From an uncultured bacterium (GTDB lineage Bacteria; Margulisbacteria; Termititenacia; CAZZFK01), in NCBI GenBank assembly GCA_964653455.1, contig CAZZFK010000008.1, positions 21,949 to 85,948 of the forward strand: a DNA stretch of 64,000 nucleotides, given 5' to 3'. The notes under the pieces are model-generated. The model ran no database searches. It was not told where the DNA came from and saw nothing but the letters and a program-made list of their open reading frames with translations. Shown here in pieces: positions 56,336 through 64,000 of this stretch. A program made the position numbers and the translations under genes. Numbering within the stretch: position 1 is the stretch's first letter; every line of letters starts with the position of its first letter.

Positions 56336-56356
56336 AAATTGGAAGGAGGGAAAACA

Positions 56357-56662
56357 ATGGCAAATGCAAAAGGTAAAGTAAAAATTCGGCCGTTGGCGGA
56401 TCGGGTGGTCATACTTCCGCTGGCAGAGGAGGCGAAGACCAAAAGCGGTATCGTTCTTCCTGATAATGCTAAGGAAAAACCTCAACAAGGGGAGGTCGTC
56501 GCTATCGGTGCCGGACGTACGCTTGATAACGGTACGAAGGTAGCTCCTGATGTTAAAGAAGGAGATATCGTTGTGTATTCCAAGTACAGTGGCGATGAGA
56601 TCAAGATCGATGGTGTGGAATATAAGATAATCGAAGAGAGAAGTATTTTGGCTGTTCTGTAA
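56357..56662 (+). CDS. groES: Co-chaperonin GroES
   Basis: [51 protein letters not shown] is canonical GroES. GGAAGGAGGG RBS. Start at ATG 56357. Confidence 0.97.
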   Translation: MANAKGKVKIRPLADRVVILPLAEEAKTKSGIVLPDNAKEKPQQGEVVAIGAGRTLDNGTKVAPDVKEGDIVVYSKYSGDEIKIDGVEYKIIEERSILAVL

Positions 56663-56805
56663 AACAAACCCCTCCCGCCGCTGCCTCGATTAAACTCGGC
56701 ATGCTGCGGCTTCCTCCCCTGATCCCTCGGCTCCTCGAAAAACTCGGAGCACGGGGCAAGTCAGGGGAGGGGAAGGGTAGGAATCATATAAGGAGGTTTA
56801 TGACA

Positions 56806-58464
56806 ATGGCTAAGCAATTATTGTTCGGTGATGAGGCCTGGAAAAAGCTCGAATCGGGCGTCACCAAAGTAGCGAACGCGGTACGTATCACGCTCGGGCC
56901 GCGAGGGCATAATGTCGTTCTCGATAAAAAATGGGGGTCCCCCACGATCACTAATGACGGTGTCACTATCGCCAAGGAGATCGAGCTGGAAGATCCCTAC
57001 GAGAACATGGGCGCACAGCTCTTAAAAGAGGTCGCGTCCAAGACCAATGATATCGCCGGCGACGGGACCACCACTGCCACGATCCTCGGGCATTCTATCT
57101 TTAAAGAAGGGCTCAAGAACGTCATTTCCGGTGCTAACCCGATGGGTGTGAAGCGCGGTATCAATCTGGCGATCGAATCGGTCGTTGCTGCCATCAAGAA
57201 AATGAGCCAGCCGATCGAGACCAAAGAGGCCATCGCCCAGGTGGCGACGATCTCCGCGAACAATGACCGCGAGATCGGCGACCTCATCGCCGACGCGATG
57301 GACAAGGTCGGCAAGGACGGCGTCATCACTGTTGAAGAGTCCAAAGGTATCGAAACGACGCTCGAGATCGTTGAAGGTATGCAGTTCGATAAGGGCTATG
57401 TTTCTCCCTACATGATCACCGAACGTGATTCCATGAAGGCCAATCTCGAAAGCCCGTATATCCTCATCACGGACAAGAAGATCTCCGCGATCAAGGACCT
57501 GCTGCCTGTTCTCGAGAAGGTCGTTCAGACCGGCAAGCCCCTGCTCATTATCGCGGATGACCTTGAAGGCGAAGCTCTGGCGACACTGGTGGTCAATAAG
57601 CTGCGCGGTACGCTCAATGTCGTTGGCGTGAAGGCCCCCGGTTTCGGCGATCGCCGCAAAGCGATGCTCGAGGACCTGGCGATACTCACCGGCGGGGAAG
57701 TGATCACTGAGGACCGTGGTATGTCTCTTGAGAACGTAGAGCTCGCTTCTCTTGGTCAGGCGAAACTGGTCAAAGTAGATAAAGAGAATACCACGATAGT
57801 GGAAGGTGCCGGCAAGAAAAAGGACATTGATACCCGCATTTCCCAGATCAAGAACGAGATCGAGGCTTCGGATTCTTCCTATGATAAGGAAAAGCTTCAG
57901 GAGCGTCTGGCCAAGCTTTCCGGCGGCGTCGCGATCATCCGCGCCGGTGCTGCGACCGAGACCGAGCTGAAGGAAAAGAAGCATCGTATCGAAGATGCCC
58001 TGCAGGCGACACGTGCTGCCGTTGAAGAGGGTATCGTCGCCGGCGGTGGTGTTGCGCTCGTTCGTACTATTCCGGTCGTTCAGAAGCTGGAGGATAAGAC
58101 CGAGGGTGATGAGAAGGTCGGGGTAAGCATCGTCCGCCGTTCATTGCACTATCCGCTGAAGCAGATCGCCGATAACGCAGGCCTTGAAGGTTCTGTGGTC
58201 GTTGAGAAGGTCAGTGCCAGCAAAGAGAACATGGGTTTTGATGCTCAGAAGTTCGAATACGTGGATATGGTCAAAGAAGGGATCATTGATCCTGTAAAAG
58301 TGACCAGGTCCGCATTGCAGAATGCAGGCAGTATCGCCTCTATGTTGCTGACCACAGGTGTTCTGGTCGCCGATATCCCTGAAAAGGAGAAGGCAGGAGC
58401 TGGTATGCCTGGTGCCGGCGGCATGGGTGGCATGGGTGGTATGGGTGGCATGGATATGATGTAG
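56806..58464 (+). CDS. groEL: Chaperonin GroEL
   Basis: [15 protein letters not shown]…[48 protein letters not shown]… with a C-terminal (GGM)n tail. Start at ATG 56806 with an AAGGAGG RBS. The ORF track starts at 56701. Confidence 0.98.
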   Translation: MAKQLLFGDEAWKKLESGVTKVANAVRITLGPRGHNVVLDKKWGSPTITNDGVTIAKEIELEDPYENMGAQLLKEVASKTNDIAGDGTTTATILGHSIFKEGLKNVISGANPMGVKRGINLAIESVVAAIKKMSQPIETKEAIAQVATISANNDREIGDLIADAMDKVGKDGVITVEESKGIETTLEIVEGMQFDKGYVSPYMITERDSMKANLESPYILITDKKISAIKDLLPVLEKVVQTGKPLLIIADDLEGEALATLVVNKLRGTLNVVGVKAPGFGDRRKAMLEDLAILTGGEVITEDRGMSLENVELASLGQAKLVKVDKENTTIVEGAGKKKDIDTRISQIKNEIEASDSSYDKEKLQERLAKLSGGVAIIRAGAATETELKEKKHRIEDALQATRAAVEEGIVAGGGVALVRTIPVVQKLEDKTEGDEKVGVSIVRRSLHYPLKQIADNAGLEGSVVVEKVSASKENMGFDAQKFEYVDMVKEGIIDPVKVTRSALQNAGSIASMLLTTGVLVADIPEKEKAGAGMPGAGGMGGMGGMGGMDMM

Positions 58465-58492
58465 TTGCGGGTTGTCCCGTAATGAACAGGAA

Positions 58493-58522
58493 GGCCAGGG
58501 TATACTCCTGGCCTTCTTTTTT
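58493..58522 (+). terminator. Rho-independent terminator after groEL
   Basis: Hairpin ggccagg-gtatactc-ctggcc followed by ttcttttttg. Confidence 0.55.
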
Positions 58523-58545
58523 GTTATAGTGTCTATTGGCAGGTG

Positions 58546-58574
58546 TTGACATATTTTCGAAAAACATGTTAAAT
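58546..58574 (+). promoter_or_regulatory. Candidate sigma-70-type promoter for the rpmG-tRNA-Trp-secE-nusG cluster
   Basis: TTGACA (58546-58551), a 17-nt spacer, then TTAAAT (58569-58574). Identified by pattern only. Confidence 0.3.
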
Positions 58575-58705
58575 TCTCTGCTCACGTTTGAACATGCAAT
58601 CTTGTCAACCACTTTTTTGTGAAGTGGTACAGGATTGTGTGGTCTTCTTTTTGTGGATGAACGTGAACACTGAAGTTAAAAAGCACGAAGGGTTGGGAGC
58701 ACATC

Positions 58706-58855
58706 ATGAGAGATCTGGTAACGCTTGAATGTACGGTCTGCAAACGCAGGAACTATACCAGCAGGAAGAACAAGAAAAATACGACGGAACGCATCACGTT
58801 GAAAAAATATTGTCCGTGGGACCGCAAACACACGGAGCATAAAGAAACGAAATAA
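58706..58855 (+). CDS. rpmG: 50S ribosomal protein L33
   Basis: The 49-aa translation [49 protein letters not shown] matches the L33 pattern (…ECT.C..RNY…KNKKNT.ERL.LKKY.P…KHT.HKE.K). It is absent from the ORF track because it is shorter than 60 aa. Confidence 0.9.
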   Translation: MRDLVTLECTVCKRRNYTSRKNKKNTTERITLKKYCPWDRKHTEHKETK

Positions 58856-58946
58856 AGTCTGAAAGTCGTAAGTGGTAAGTCGGAAGTCCGATTACAAGAC
58901 CTGAAGACTTAAGACGTTCGACGTATGACTTACGACCTGGGACCGA

Positions 58947-59023
58947 AGGTGGGTAGCTCAACTAGGTAGAGCAACGGTCTCCAAAACCGTAGGTTGCAGG
59001 TTCGATTCCTGTCCCACCTGCCA
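58947..59023 (+). tRNA. trnW: tRNA-Trp (anticodon CCA)
   Basis: A 77-nt cloverleaf by hand-fold. Acceptor aggtggg/cccacct, D-arm gctc-aactaggta-gagc, anticodon arm acggt-ctCCAaa-accgt, T-arm gcagg-ttcgatt-cctgt (one G-U pair), discriminator G, encoded CCA. It sits in the classical tRNA-Trp position before secE-nusG. Confidence 0.85.
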
Positions 59024-59064
59024 GGGTCGGCATGGGCAGCGGTATATAATGAACGGAGCGGCAA

Positions 59065-59271
59065 GTGACGGAAGTAGTTGAAAAGAAAGGTCTCGTGAAT
59101 TTCCTGCAGGAGACACGTCAGGAAACGAAAAAAGTGACCTGGCCGACACGTTCGGAGGTGACCAGTTCGCTGGTCGTTGTTTTGGTCATCATGGTCTTTT
59201 TTGGTTTTTTGATCGGCGGTATGGACGGGCTGTTCGCGCATATAGTGAAGAGTTTGATACAGGGTCTTTAA
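59065..59271 (+). CDS. secE: Preprotein translocase subunit SecE
   Basis: 68 aa. …ETRQETKKVTWPTRSEVTSSLVVVLVIMVFFGFLIGGMD… shows the SecE signature (kVtWPsr.E) and a single TM helix. Confidence 0.9.
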   Translation: MTEVVEKKGLVNFLQETRQETKKVTWPTRSEVTSSLVVVLVIMVFFGFLIGGMDGLFAHIVKSLIQGL

Positions 59272-59331
59272 AGAATGGCTGCGGGCGGCAGGCCCGCATA
59301 AATAATACCAAGGGAAAGAGAACACTATCAT

Positions 59332-59934
59332 ATGGAAAATAATGAAGTGATGGAAAATAAAGAGATCGTTGCTGAAGCGGCCCCTGCGGCGGCTCCGGTG
59401 TCTTCGGAAGAGGCGAAGTGGTACATCATTCAGACCTATTCCAGTTATGAGAACAAGGTCAAGCTCGGTCTTGAACAACGCATCAAGCAGTTGCAGCTTG
59501 AAACGAAGATATTGAAAGTGCTCATCCCTGAGGAAGAGACGGTCGAGATAAAAGATAATAAACGCGTTGAGAAAACAAAGAAAATGTACCCGGGGTATGT
59601 TTTCGTTAAGATGGTCATGGACGAGGATGCCTGGTACGCCGTGAGAGCGGTCCCGGGAGTTTCCCGATTCATTGGCAGCAGCTCACGACCTGAGCCTGTC
59701 ATTGATAAGGAAATGCTTCGAGTCCTTCGTCAGGTCGGAGAAAAGGTGCAGAAGATCGAGGTCGACTTCGAGGTGGATGATACTATCCGCGTCGTGGAAG
59801 GTCCGTTCAGAGGCTATACCGGTAATATCTCCGAGATCAATCTGGAGAAAGGCAAGGCAAAGGTCCTTATTTCCATCTTCGGTCGCGAGACCCCGATGGA
59901 ACTGAGCTTTAACCAGATAGAGAAGAACAGCTGA
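59332..59934 (+). CDS. nusG: Transcription termination/antitermination factor NusG
   Basis: NGN domain (KWYIIQTYSSYENKV) and C-terminal KOW domain (…GDTIRVVEGPFRGYTGNISEINLEKGKAKVLISIFGRETPMEL). Confidence 0.95.
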   Translation: MENNEVMENKEIVAEAAPAAAPVSSEEAKWYIIQTYSSYENKVKLGLEQRIKQLQLETKILKVLIPEEETVEIKDNKRVEKTKKMYPGYVFVKMVMDEDAWYAVRAVPGVSRFIGSSSRPEPVIDKEMLRVLRQVGEKVQKIEVDFEVDDTIRVVEGPFRGYTGNISEINLEKGKAKVLISIFGRETPMELSFNQIEKNS

Positions 59935-59997
59935 TCCAGGATTTTCAGGATTAGCAGGATTTACAGGATTAAGCATAGAAGAGAGGTCTGAAAAACA

Positions 59998-60420
59998 ATG
60001 GCAAAAGAAGTAAAAGCGATAATCAAGTTACAGATAGATGCCGGCAAAGCAAATCCGGCCCCGCCGATCGGGCCTGCGCTCGGTCAGCACGGTGTCAATA
60101 TCATGGAATTCTGCAAAGCCTACAATGAGAAGACGAAGGATAAGATGGGGCAGGTCATTCCGGTCATCATCACGGCATATAAGGACCGTTCTTTCACGTT
60201 CATTCTGAAAACGCCGCCGGTCTCCCGGCTGCTTCTGCAGAAGATCAAGAAGGAAAAGGGGTCCAGTGAGCCGAATAAGACCAAGATCGGTGAAGTGACC
60301 AAGGCTCAGATCAAAGAGATCGCCGAGATCAAGATGCCTGATATCAATGCAGGCTCGCTTGATGCCGCTATGCGTATCGTCGAAGGAACGGCGCGCAGCA
60401 TGGGGATCATCGTTAAATAG
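59998..60420 (+). CDS. rplK: 50S ribosomal protein L11
   Basis: [43 protein letters not shown]… is canonical L11. Confidence 0.97.
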   Translation: MAKEVKAIIKLQIDAGKANPAPPIGPALGQHGVNIMEFCKAYNEKTKDKMGQVIPVIITAYKDRSFTFILKTPPVSRLLLQKIKKEKGSSEPNKTKIGEVTKAQIKEIAEIKMPDINAGSLDAAMRIVEGTARSMGIIVK

Positions 60421-60469
60421 ATCATCATTTCGGGACCAGGATGTCCCGAGCGTATTAAGGAGAATTCAT

Positions 60470-61162
60470 ATGGCCGGTAAGAAATATGCAGAAAAAATCA
60501 AATTGATCGAGAAAGGGAAGGTCTATCAGCTTCCTGAAGCTTCTGCGCTCGTTAAGCAGCTGAGCATATCGAAGTTCGACGGTTCCGTCGAGCTCACGAT
60601 CAACTTAGGTGTCGACCCGAAGCAGAGCGATCAACAGGTCCGCGGCACGGTCAGTCTTCCGCACGGCCTGGGCAAGAAGATCACGGTGGTCGCGATCGTC
60701 AAAGGTGAGAACGCCAAGCTCGCTCAGGGGGCCGGTGCTGATGTGGTCGGCGACGATGACCTGATAAAGAAGATAGAAGAGGGCTGGACCGAGTTCGACG
60801 TGCTGGTCACGACACCTGATATGATGGCCAAGGTCGGCAAATTGGGTAAAGTGCTCGGTCGTAAGGGCCTTATGCCGTCGCCGAAAGCTGGGACCGTTGT
60901 CCAGGACGTTTCCAAGGCCGTGAAAGAGTTCAAGGCCGGGAAGGTCGAGTTCAAGGTCGATAAGCAAGGTATCGTTCATCTGCCGATCGGCAAGATCTCC
61001 TTTGAGGCCGCTCAGATCGCGGAGAATTATAAGGCCATATACAATGCCATCATGCGCGCTAAACCCAGTGCGTCAAAAGGTACGTATGTGAAGAGCGTTT
61101 TTCTTTCGCCGAGCATGGGGCCCGGCGTGAAGATCGACCATAACGCGGTCAGCGAAGAATAA
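60470..61162 (+). CDS. rplA: 50S ribosomal protein L1
   Basis: [24 protein letters not shown]…[23 protein letters not shown]… is canonical L1. Start at ATG 60470; the ORF track starts at 60347. Confidence 0.97.
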   Translation: MAGKKYAEKIKLIEKGKVYQLPEASALVKQLSISKFDGSVELTINLGVDPKQSDQQVRGTVSLPHGLGKKITVVAIVKGENAKLAQGAGADVVGDDDLIKKIEEGWTEFDVLVTTPDMMAKVGKLGKVLGRKGLMPSPKAGTVVQDVSKAVKEFKAGKVEFKVDKQGIVHLPIGKISFEAAQIAENYKAIYNAIMRAKPSASKGTYVKSVFLSPSMGPGVKIDHNAVSEE

Positions 61163-61181
61163 GCGAGGAGCGAGGAATATC

Positions 61182-61670
61182 ATGCCAAAACCAGTAAAAG
61201 TTGATACCGTAAAAGAGATAGAGAAAAAGCTGCAAGAGCGCCCGACAGCGGTCCTGATCAAGAATAAAGGCTTGACGGTCCCTGATGTCACCGATCTGCG
61301 CAAAAAATTGCGTGATGCCGGGATAGAGTACAAGGTCTATAAGAACACCTTGTTCCTGCGTGCTGCTACTCAACTGCAGTATACCGGGCTTGAAAGCGCG
61401 ATGACCGGCCCTACCGCGATCGCGTTCTCTGCCGAGCCGATCACGCCTTCGAAGATCATGACCGCGTTCGCCAAAACGAACCCGGCCATCGAGATCACAG
61501 GCGCTTTGTACGAGAAGAAGTTCGTCGGACCTGACATGGTCCAGAGATTCTCGTCGATGCTGGGACGCCAGGAAGTGATCACGCAGATCGCGTGCATGTT
61601 GAACCAACCTATATCTTCGTTCGTACGCGTCCTTGATGCAGTTCGCGTGCAGAAAGAAGGAACAAAGTAG
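61182..61670 (+). CDS. rplJ: 50S ribosomal protein L10
   Basis: MPKPVKVDTVKEIEKKLQERPTAVLIKNKGLTVPDVTDLRKKLRDAGIEYKVYKNTL… is canonical L10. Confidence 0.95.
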   Translation: MPKPVKVDTVKEIEKKLQERPTAVLIKNKGLTVPDVTDLRKKLRDAGIEYKVYKNTLFLRAATQLQYTGLESAMTGPTAIAFSAEPITPSKIMTAFAKTNPAIEITGALYEKKFVGPDMVQRFSSMLGRQEVITQIACMLNQPISSFVRVLDAVRVQKEGTK

Positions 61671-61723
61671 AGCGCATACGCTTTGCTTTACGTAGGGTTT
61701 GAAATTTTAAGGAGGAGATAGAA

Positions 61724-62122
61724 ATGACAGATACAGCAACATTATCGGAGACCGCACAGGGAGTTATCGCTGCGGTGGAAAAAATGACGGTCCTTGAGCT
61801 CAATGACCTTGTCAAAGCGATCGAAGTGAAGTTCGGCGTAACGGCCGCAGCTCCGGTCATGATGGCGGCAGGTGCAGGCGCAGCAGCAGGCGGCGCGGCA
61901 GCTGAAGCGACAGATTCCGTGACCGTTGTGCTCGCAAGTTCCGGCGACAAGAAGATCCAGGTATTGAAGGTCATCCGTGAGGTCACCGGTCTCGGCTTGA
62001 AAGAAGCGAAAGACCTCGTTGACGGCGCACCGAAGACCATTAAAGAAGGCGTGAAGAAGGCCGAAGCTGACGAGATCAAGAAGAAGATCGAAGCTGAAGG
62101 CGGTAAGGTCGAGTTCAAATAA
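61724..62122 (+). CDS. rplL: 50S ribosomal protein L7/L12
   Basis: N-terminal dimerization helix, Ala/Gly-rich hinge ([22 protein letters not shown]), and a C-terminal domain …[34 protein letters not shown]…. Confidence 0.97.
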   Translation: MTDTATLSETAQGVIAAVEKMTVLELNDLVKAIEVKFGVTAAAPVMMAAGAGAAAGGAAAEATDSVTVVLASSGDKKIQVLKVIREVTGLGLKEAKDLVDGAPKTIKEGVKKAEADEIKKKIEAEGGKVEFK

Positions 62123-62166
62123 CGAATTCGTTCCAGTTACGTTTTGATCCTGTACAGGAGGAATCC

Positions 62167-64000
62167 ATGGCGGTACAAGCTACTGAGCGCGTGAAACTAT
62201 ATCCAGAGATAAAGGAAGAAGCTCTTTCTATCCCGGATCTGGTGAGCATACAGAAAGACTCTTTTGTTAAGTTCCTGAAGGAAGGGCTTAAAGAAGAGCT
62301 TGTCGGTGTCTCCCCGATCATCGGTTATGGCGGCCGCTTCGAGCTTGAGTTCATGGAAGGCTATGAGATCGGCGAGCCGGAACATGATCCTGCGGAGTGT
62401 TTGATCCGCGAGATCACGTACTGTGCGCCTCTCAAGGTCCCGACCCGTCTTATCGATAAAGAGACGGGCGAAGTGAAGGTACAAGAAGTGTTCATGGGCG
62501 ATATCCCCATGATGACCGATAATGGCACGTTCATCATCAATGGTGCGGAACGTGTCATTGTCAGTCAGTTCGTCAGGTCCCCGGGCGTCTATTTCAAGGA
62601 AAAGCTTTCCGATAAGAAGACCGGCCGCTCGAGCTTCAACGCGACGGTCATACCGAACCGCGGTGCATGGCTTGAGGTCGAGGTGGATATCCACGGTATC
62701 ATTTATGTGCATGTCAATAAAGTAAAAAAACTCCCGATCACCATATTGCTCGGTGCGGTCGGGTATTCTCCGGAAGAAGTGCAGGCCATCTGCGTCGATA
62801 AGGACTTCCTGCGCAAGACCATGGAGAAAGCTCCGATCAGTTCGCCTCGTGAAGCCTTGCTCGAGATCCACCGTCGTCTGCGTCCGGGTGATCCGGTCAC
62901 GCCGGAGGGCGCCAAGCAGCTCCTGAGCAATCTGTTCTTTGATCATCGTAAATATGACCTCGGTAAGGTCGGTCGTTATAAGATCAATCGCCGGCTGGGG
63001 CTCAACGTCCCTGAAACGGTCCTTACGCTGACCAAAGAAGATATCATCGCTACGATGAATTACATCATCGGGCTCACCAAGAACGAAGGTATCACGGACG
63101 ATATCGACCACTTGGGCAACCGCCGCATCCGTTCGGTCGGCGAGTTATTACAAAAGCAATTCCGCGTCGGTCTTGCCCGTCTGGAGCGTCTCATCAGAGA
63201 GCAGATGACGGTCAAAGCCGCAGAAGACATCTATCCGCAGAACCTCATCAATATCAGACCGCTTGTCGCGGTCATGCGCGAGTTCTTCGGAAGTTCACAG
63301 CTTTCTCAGTTCATGGACCAGACCAATCCGCTGGCCGAGCTGACGAACAAACGTCGTCTGTCCGCACTTGGTCCCGGCGGTCTCACCAGAGAACGTGCAG
63401 GGTTCGAGGTCCGCGATATCCATCCGTCACACTACGGTCGTATCTGCCCGATCGAGACACCGGAAGGTCCGAACGCAGGTCTTATCAGTCCGCTCGGTAC
63501 GTTCGCCCGCGTGAACGATTTCGGGTTCGTCGAGACCCCGTACCGTAAAGTAGAGAACGGGATCGTGAGCGAGAACGTGGAATACATGACCGCTGACCTT
63601 GAAGACAAGTATCGTATCGCTCCGTACGACATCAAGACCGACAATAAGGGCCGTATCCTCCAGGAAAAGGTCCCTGTCCGGTATCGCCGCGAATTCGTTT
63701 TCGCCCGTCCGGAAGAAGTGCAATTGATCGGCGTATCGCCCAAGCAGATAGTCGGCGTCAATTCGTCGCTGATACCGTTCCTTGAGCATGACGATGCTAA
63801 CCGCGCGCTCATGGGTTCGAACATGCAACGGCAGGCAACGCCGCTCCTGTTCCCGGAACGTCCGTACGTCGGTACCGGTATGGAAGAGCATGTCGTGCGT
63901 AATTCAAGTTCCCCGGTCATCGCCAAGAACAGCGGTGTCGTTAAAAAAGTCGATGCCAGAGAGATCATCATCGAAAAGAACGATGGCAAAAAGGACGAAT
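62167..64000 (+). CDS. rpoB: DNA-directed RNA polymerase beta subunit RpoB (5' ~610 codons; 3' end outside the window)
   Basis: MAVQATERVKLYPEIKEEALSIPDLVSIQKDSFVKFL…GTFIINGAERVIVSQFVRSPGVYF… is canonical RpoB. It is open to the window edge, so it does not appear in the ORF track. It follows rplL in the conserved order. Confidence 0.97.
   Translation, partial: MAVQATERVKLYPEIKEEALSIPDLVSIQKDSFVKFLKEGLKEELVGVSPIIGYGGRFELEFMEGYEIGEPEHDPAECLIREITYCAPLKVPTRLIDKETGEVKVQEVFMGDIPMMTDNGTFIINGAERVIVSQFVRSPGVYFKEKLSDKKTGRSSFNATVIPNRGAWLEVEVDIHGIIYVHVNKVKKLPITILLGAVGYSPEEVQAICVDKDFLRKTMEKAPISSPREALLEIHRRLRPGDPVTPEGAKQLLSNLFFDHRKYDLGKVGRYKINRRLGLNVPETVLTLTKEDIIATMNYIIGLTKNEGITDDIDHLGNRRIRSVGELLQKQFRVGLARLERLIREQMTVKAAEDIYPQNLINIRPLVAVMREFFGSSQLSQFMDQTNPLAELTNKRRLSALGPGGLTRERAGFEVRDIHPSHYGRICPIETPEGPNAGLISPLGTFARVNDFGFVETPYRKVENGIVSENVEYMTADLEDKYRIAPYDIKTDNKGRILQEKVPVRYRREFVFARPEEVQLIGVSPKQIVGVNSSLIPFLEHDDANRALMGSNMQRQATPLLFPERPYVGTGMEEHVVRNSSSPVIAKNSGVVKKVDAREIIIEKNDGKKDE

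Noticed and set aside
58866-58936. Possible extra tRNA between rpmG and tRNA-Trp (acceptor-like inverted repeat gtcgtaagt/acttacgac and a GTTCGA segment)
   Set aside because: A hand fold fails. There is no 4-bp D-stem with a proper loop, no 5-bp anticodon stem, and the T-arm is not complementary. I treat it as a structured spacer rather than a tRNA.
58930-59478. 182-aa minus-strand ORF spanning tRNA-Trp and secE
   Set aside because: It overlaps a well-folded tRNA-Trp and the canonical SecE frame, so it is spurious.
1-64000. CRISPR arrays, transposases, integrases and phage genes
   Set aside because: None was seen. There are no short regularly spaced direct repeats, no DDE transposase or tyrosine/serine recombinase motifs in any frame, and no terminal inverted repeats flanking the candidate inserted module.

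Overview
The window is 64 kb of a GC-rich (about 55-58%) bacterial chromosome. The lineage cannot be named from sequence alone, but the mix of T9SS-type sorting domains (VYPNPF), SLH domains, flagellar genes and a Tad pilus locus points to a didermic member of the FCB superphylum or a related candidate phylum. Contents, left to right: (1) flagellar export genes flhB (5'-truncated) and flhA, a small orphan ORF, then pyrK-pyrD. (2) A transglutaminase-like protein, a 67-aa stand-alone HisKA (DHp) mini-protein, and directly downstream a sigma-54-dependent response regulator. (3) Surface proteins: a MORN/YwqK-repeat protein and a 1323-aa BNR-propeller protein with two tandem sorting-domain-like C-terminal Ig domains. 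(4) hisA and hisH on the minus strand, separated by a roughly 21-kb plus-strand module. The module is a 490-nt AT-rich leader, one intact 18.9-kb gene (6306 aa; Gly-rich N-terminus, Pmp-like beta-helix, three integrin-like FG-GAP propellers, many Ig-like domains, LamG-like domain, T9SS-type C-terminal domain), and a FadL/PorV-like outer-membrane barrel gene immediately downstream. (5) A second cargo-then-barrel pair: a 759-aa secreted protein with a sorting domain, followed by a 1395-aa fusion of a paralogous FadL-like barrel with Ig domains and about ten SLH repeats. (6) A complete Tad/Flp pilus locus (cpaB, cpaC, cpaE, cpaF, tadB, tadC, DUF192, prepilin peptidase, tadG, tadE, flp, PKD lipoprotein), bracketed in inverted orientation by two paralogous small polytopic membrane proteins. 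(7) CIRCE-groES-groEL, then rpmG, tRNA-Trp, secE, nusG, rplK, rplA, rplJ, rplL, rpoB (3'-truncated). A GTGGCA / AGTGAC(A/G)GG-rich motif recurs in four intergenic regions. No CRISPR array, transposase or integrase is visible. The most novel candidates are the cargo-plus-FadL-like-barrel (SLH-tethered) gene pairs, the giant gene lying between hisH and hisA, the paralog-bracketed Tad locus, and the DHp-only mini-protein.
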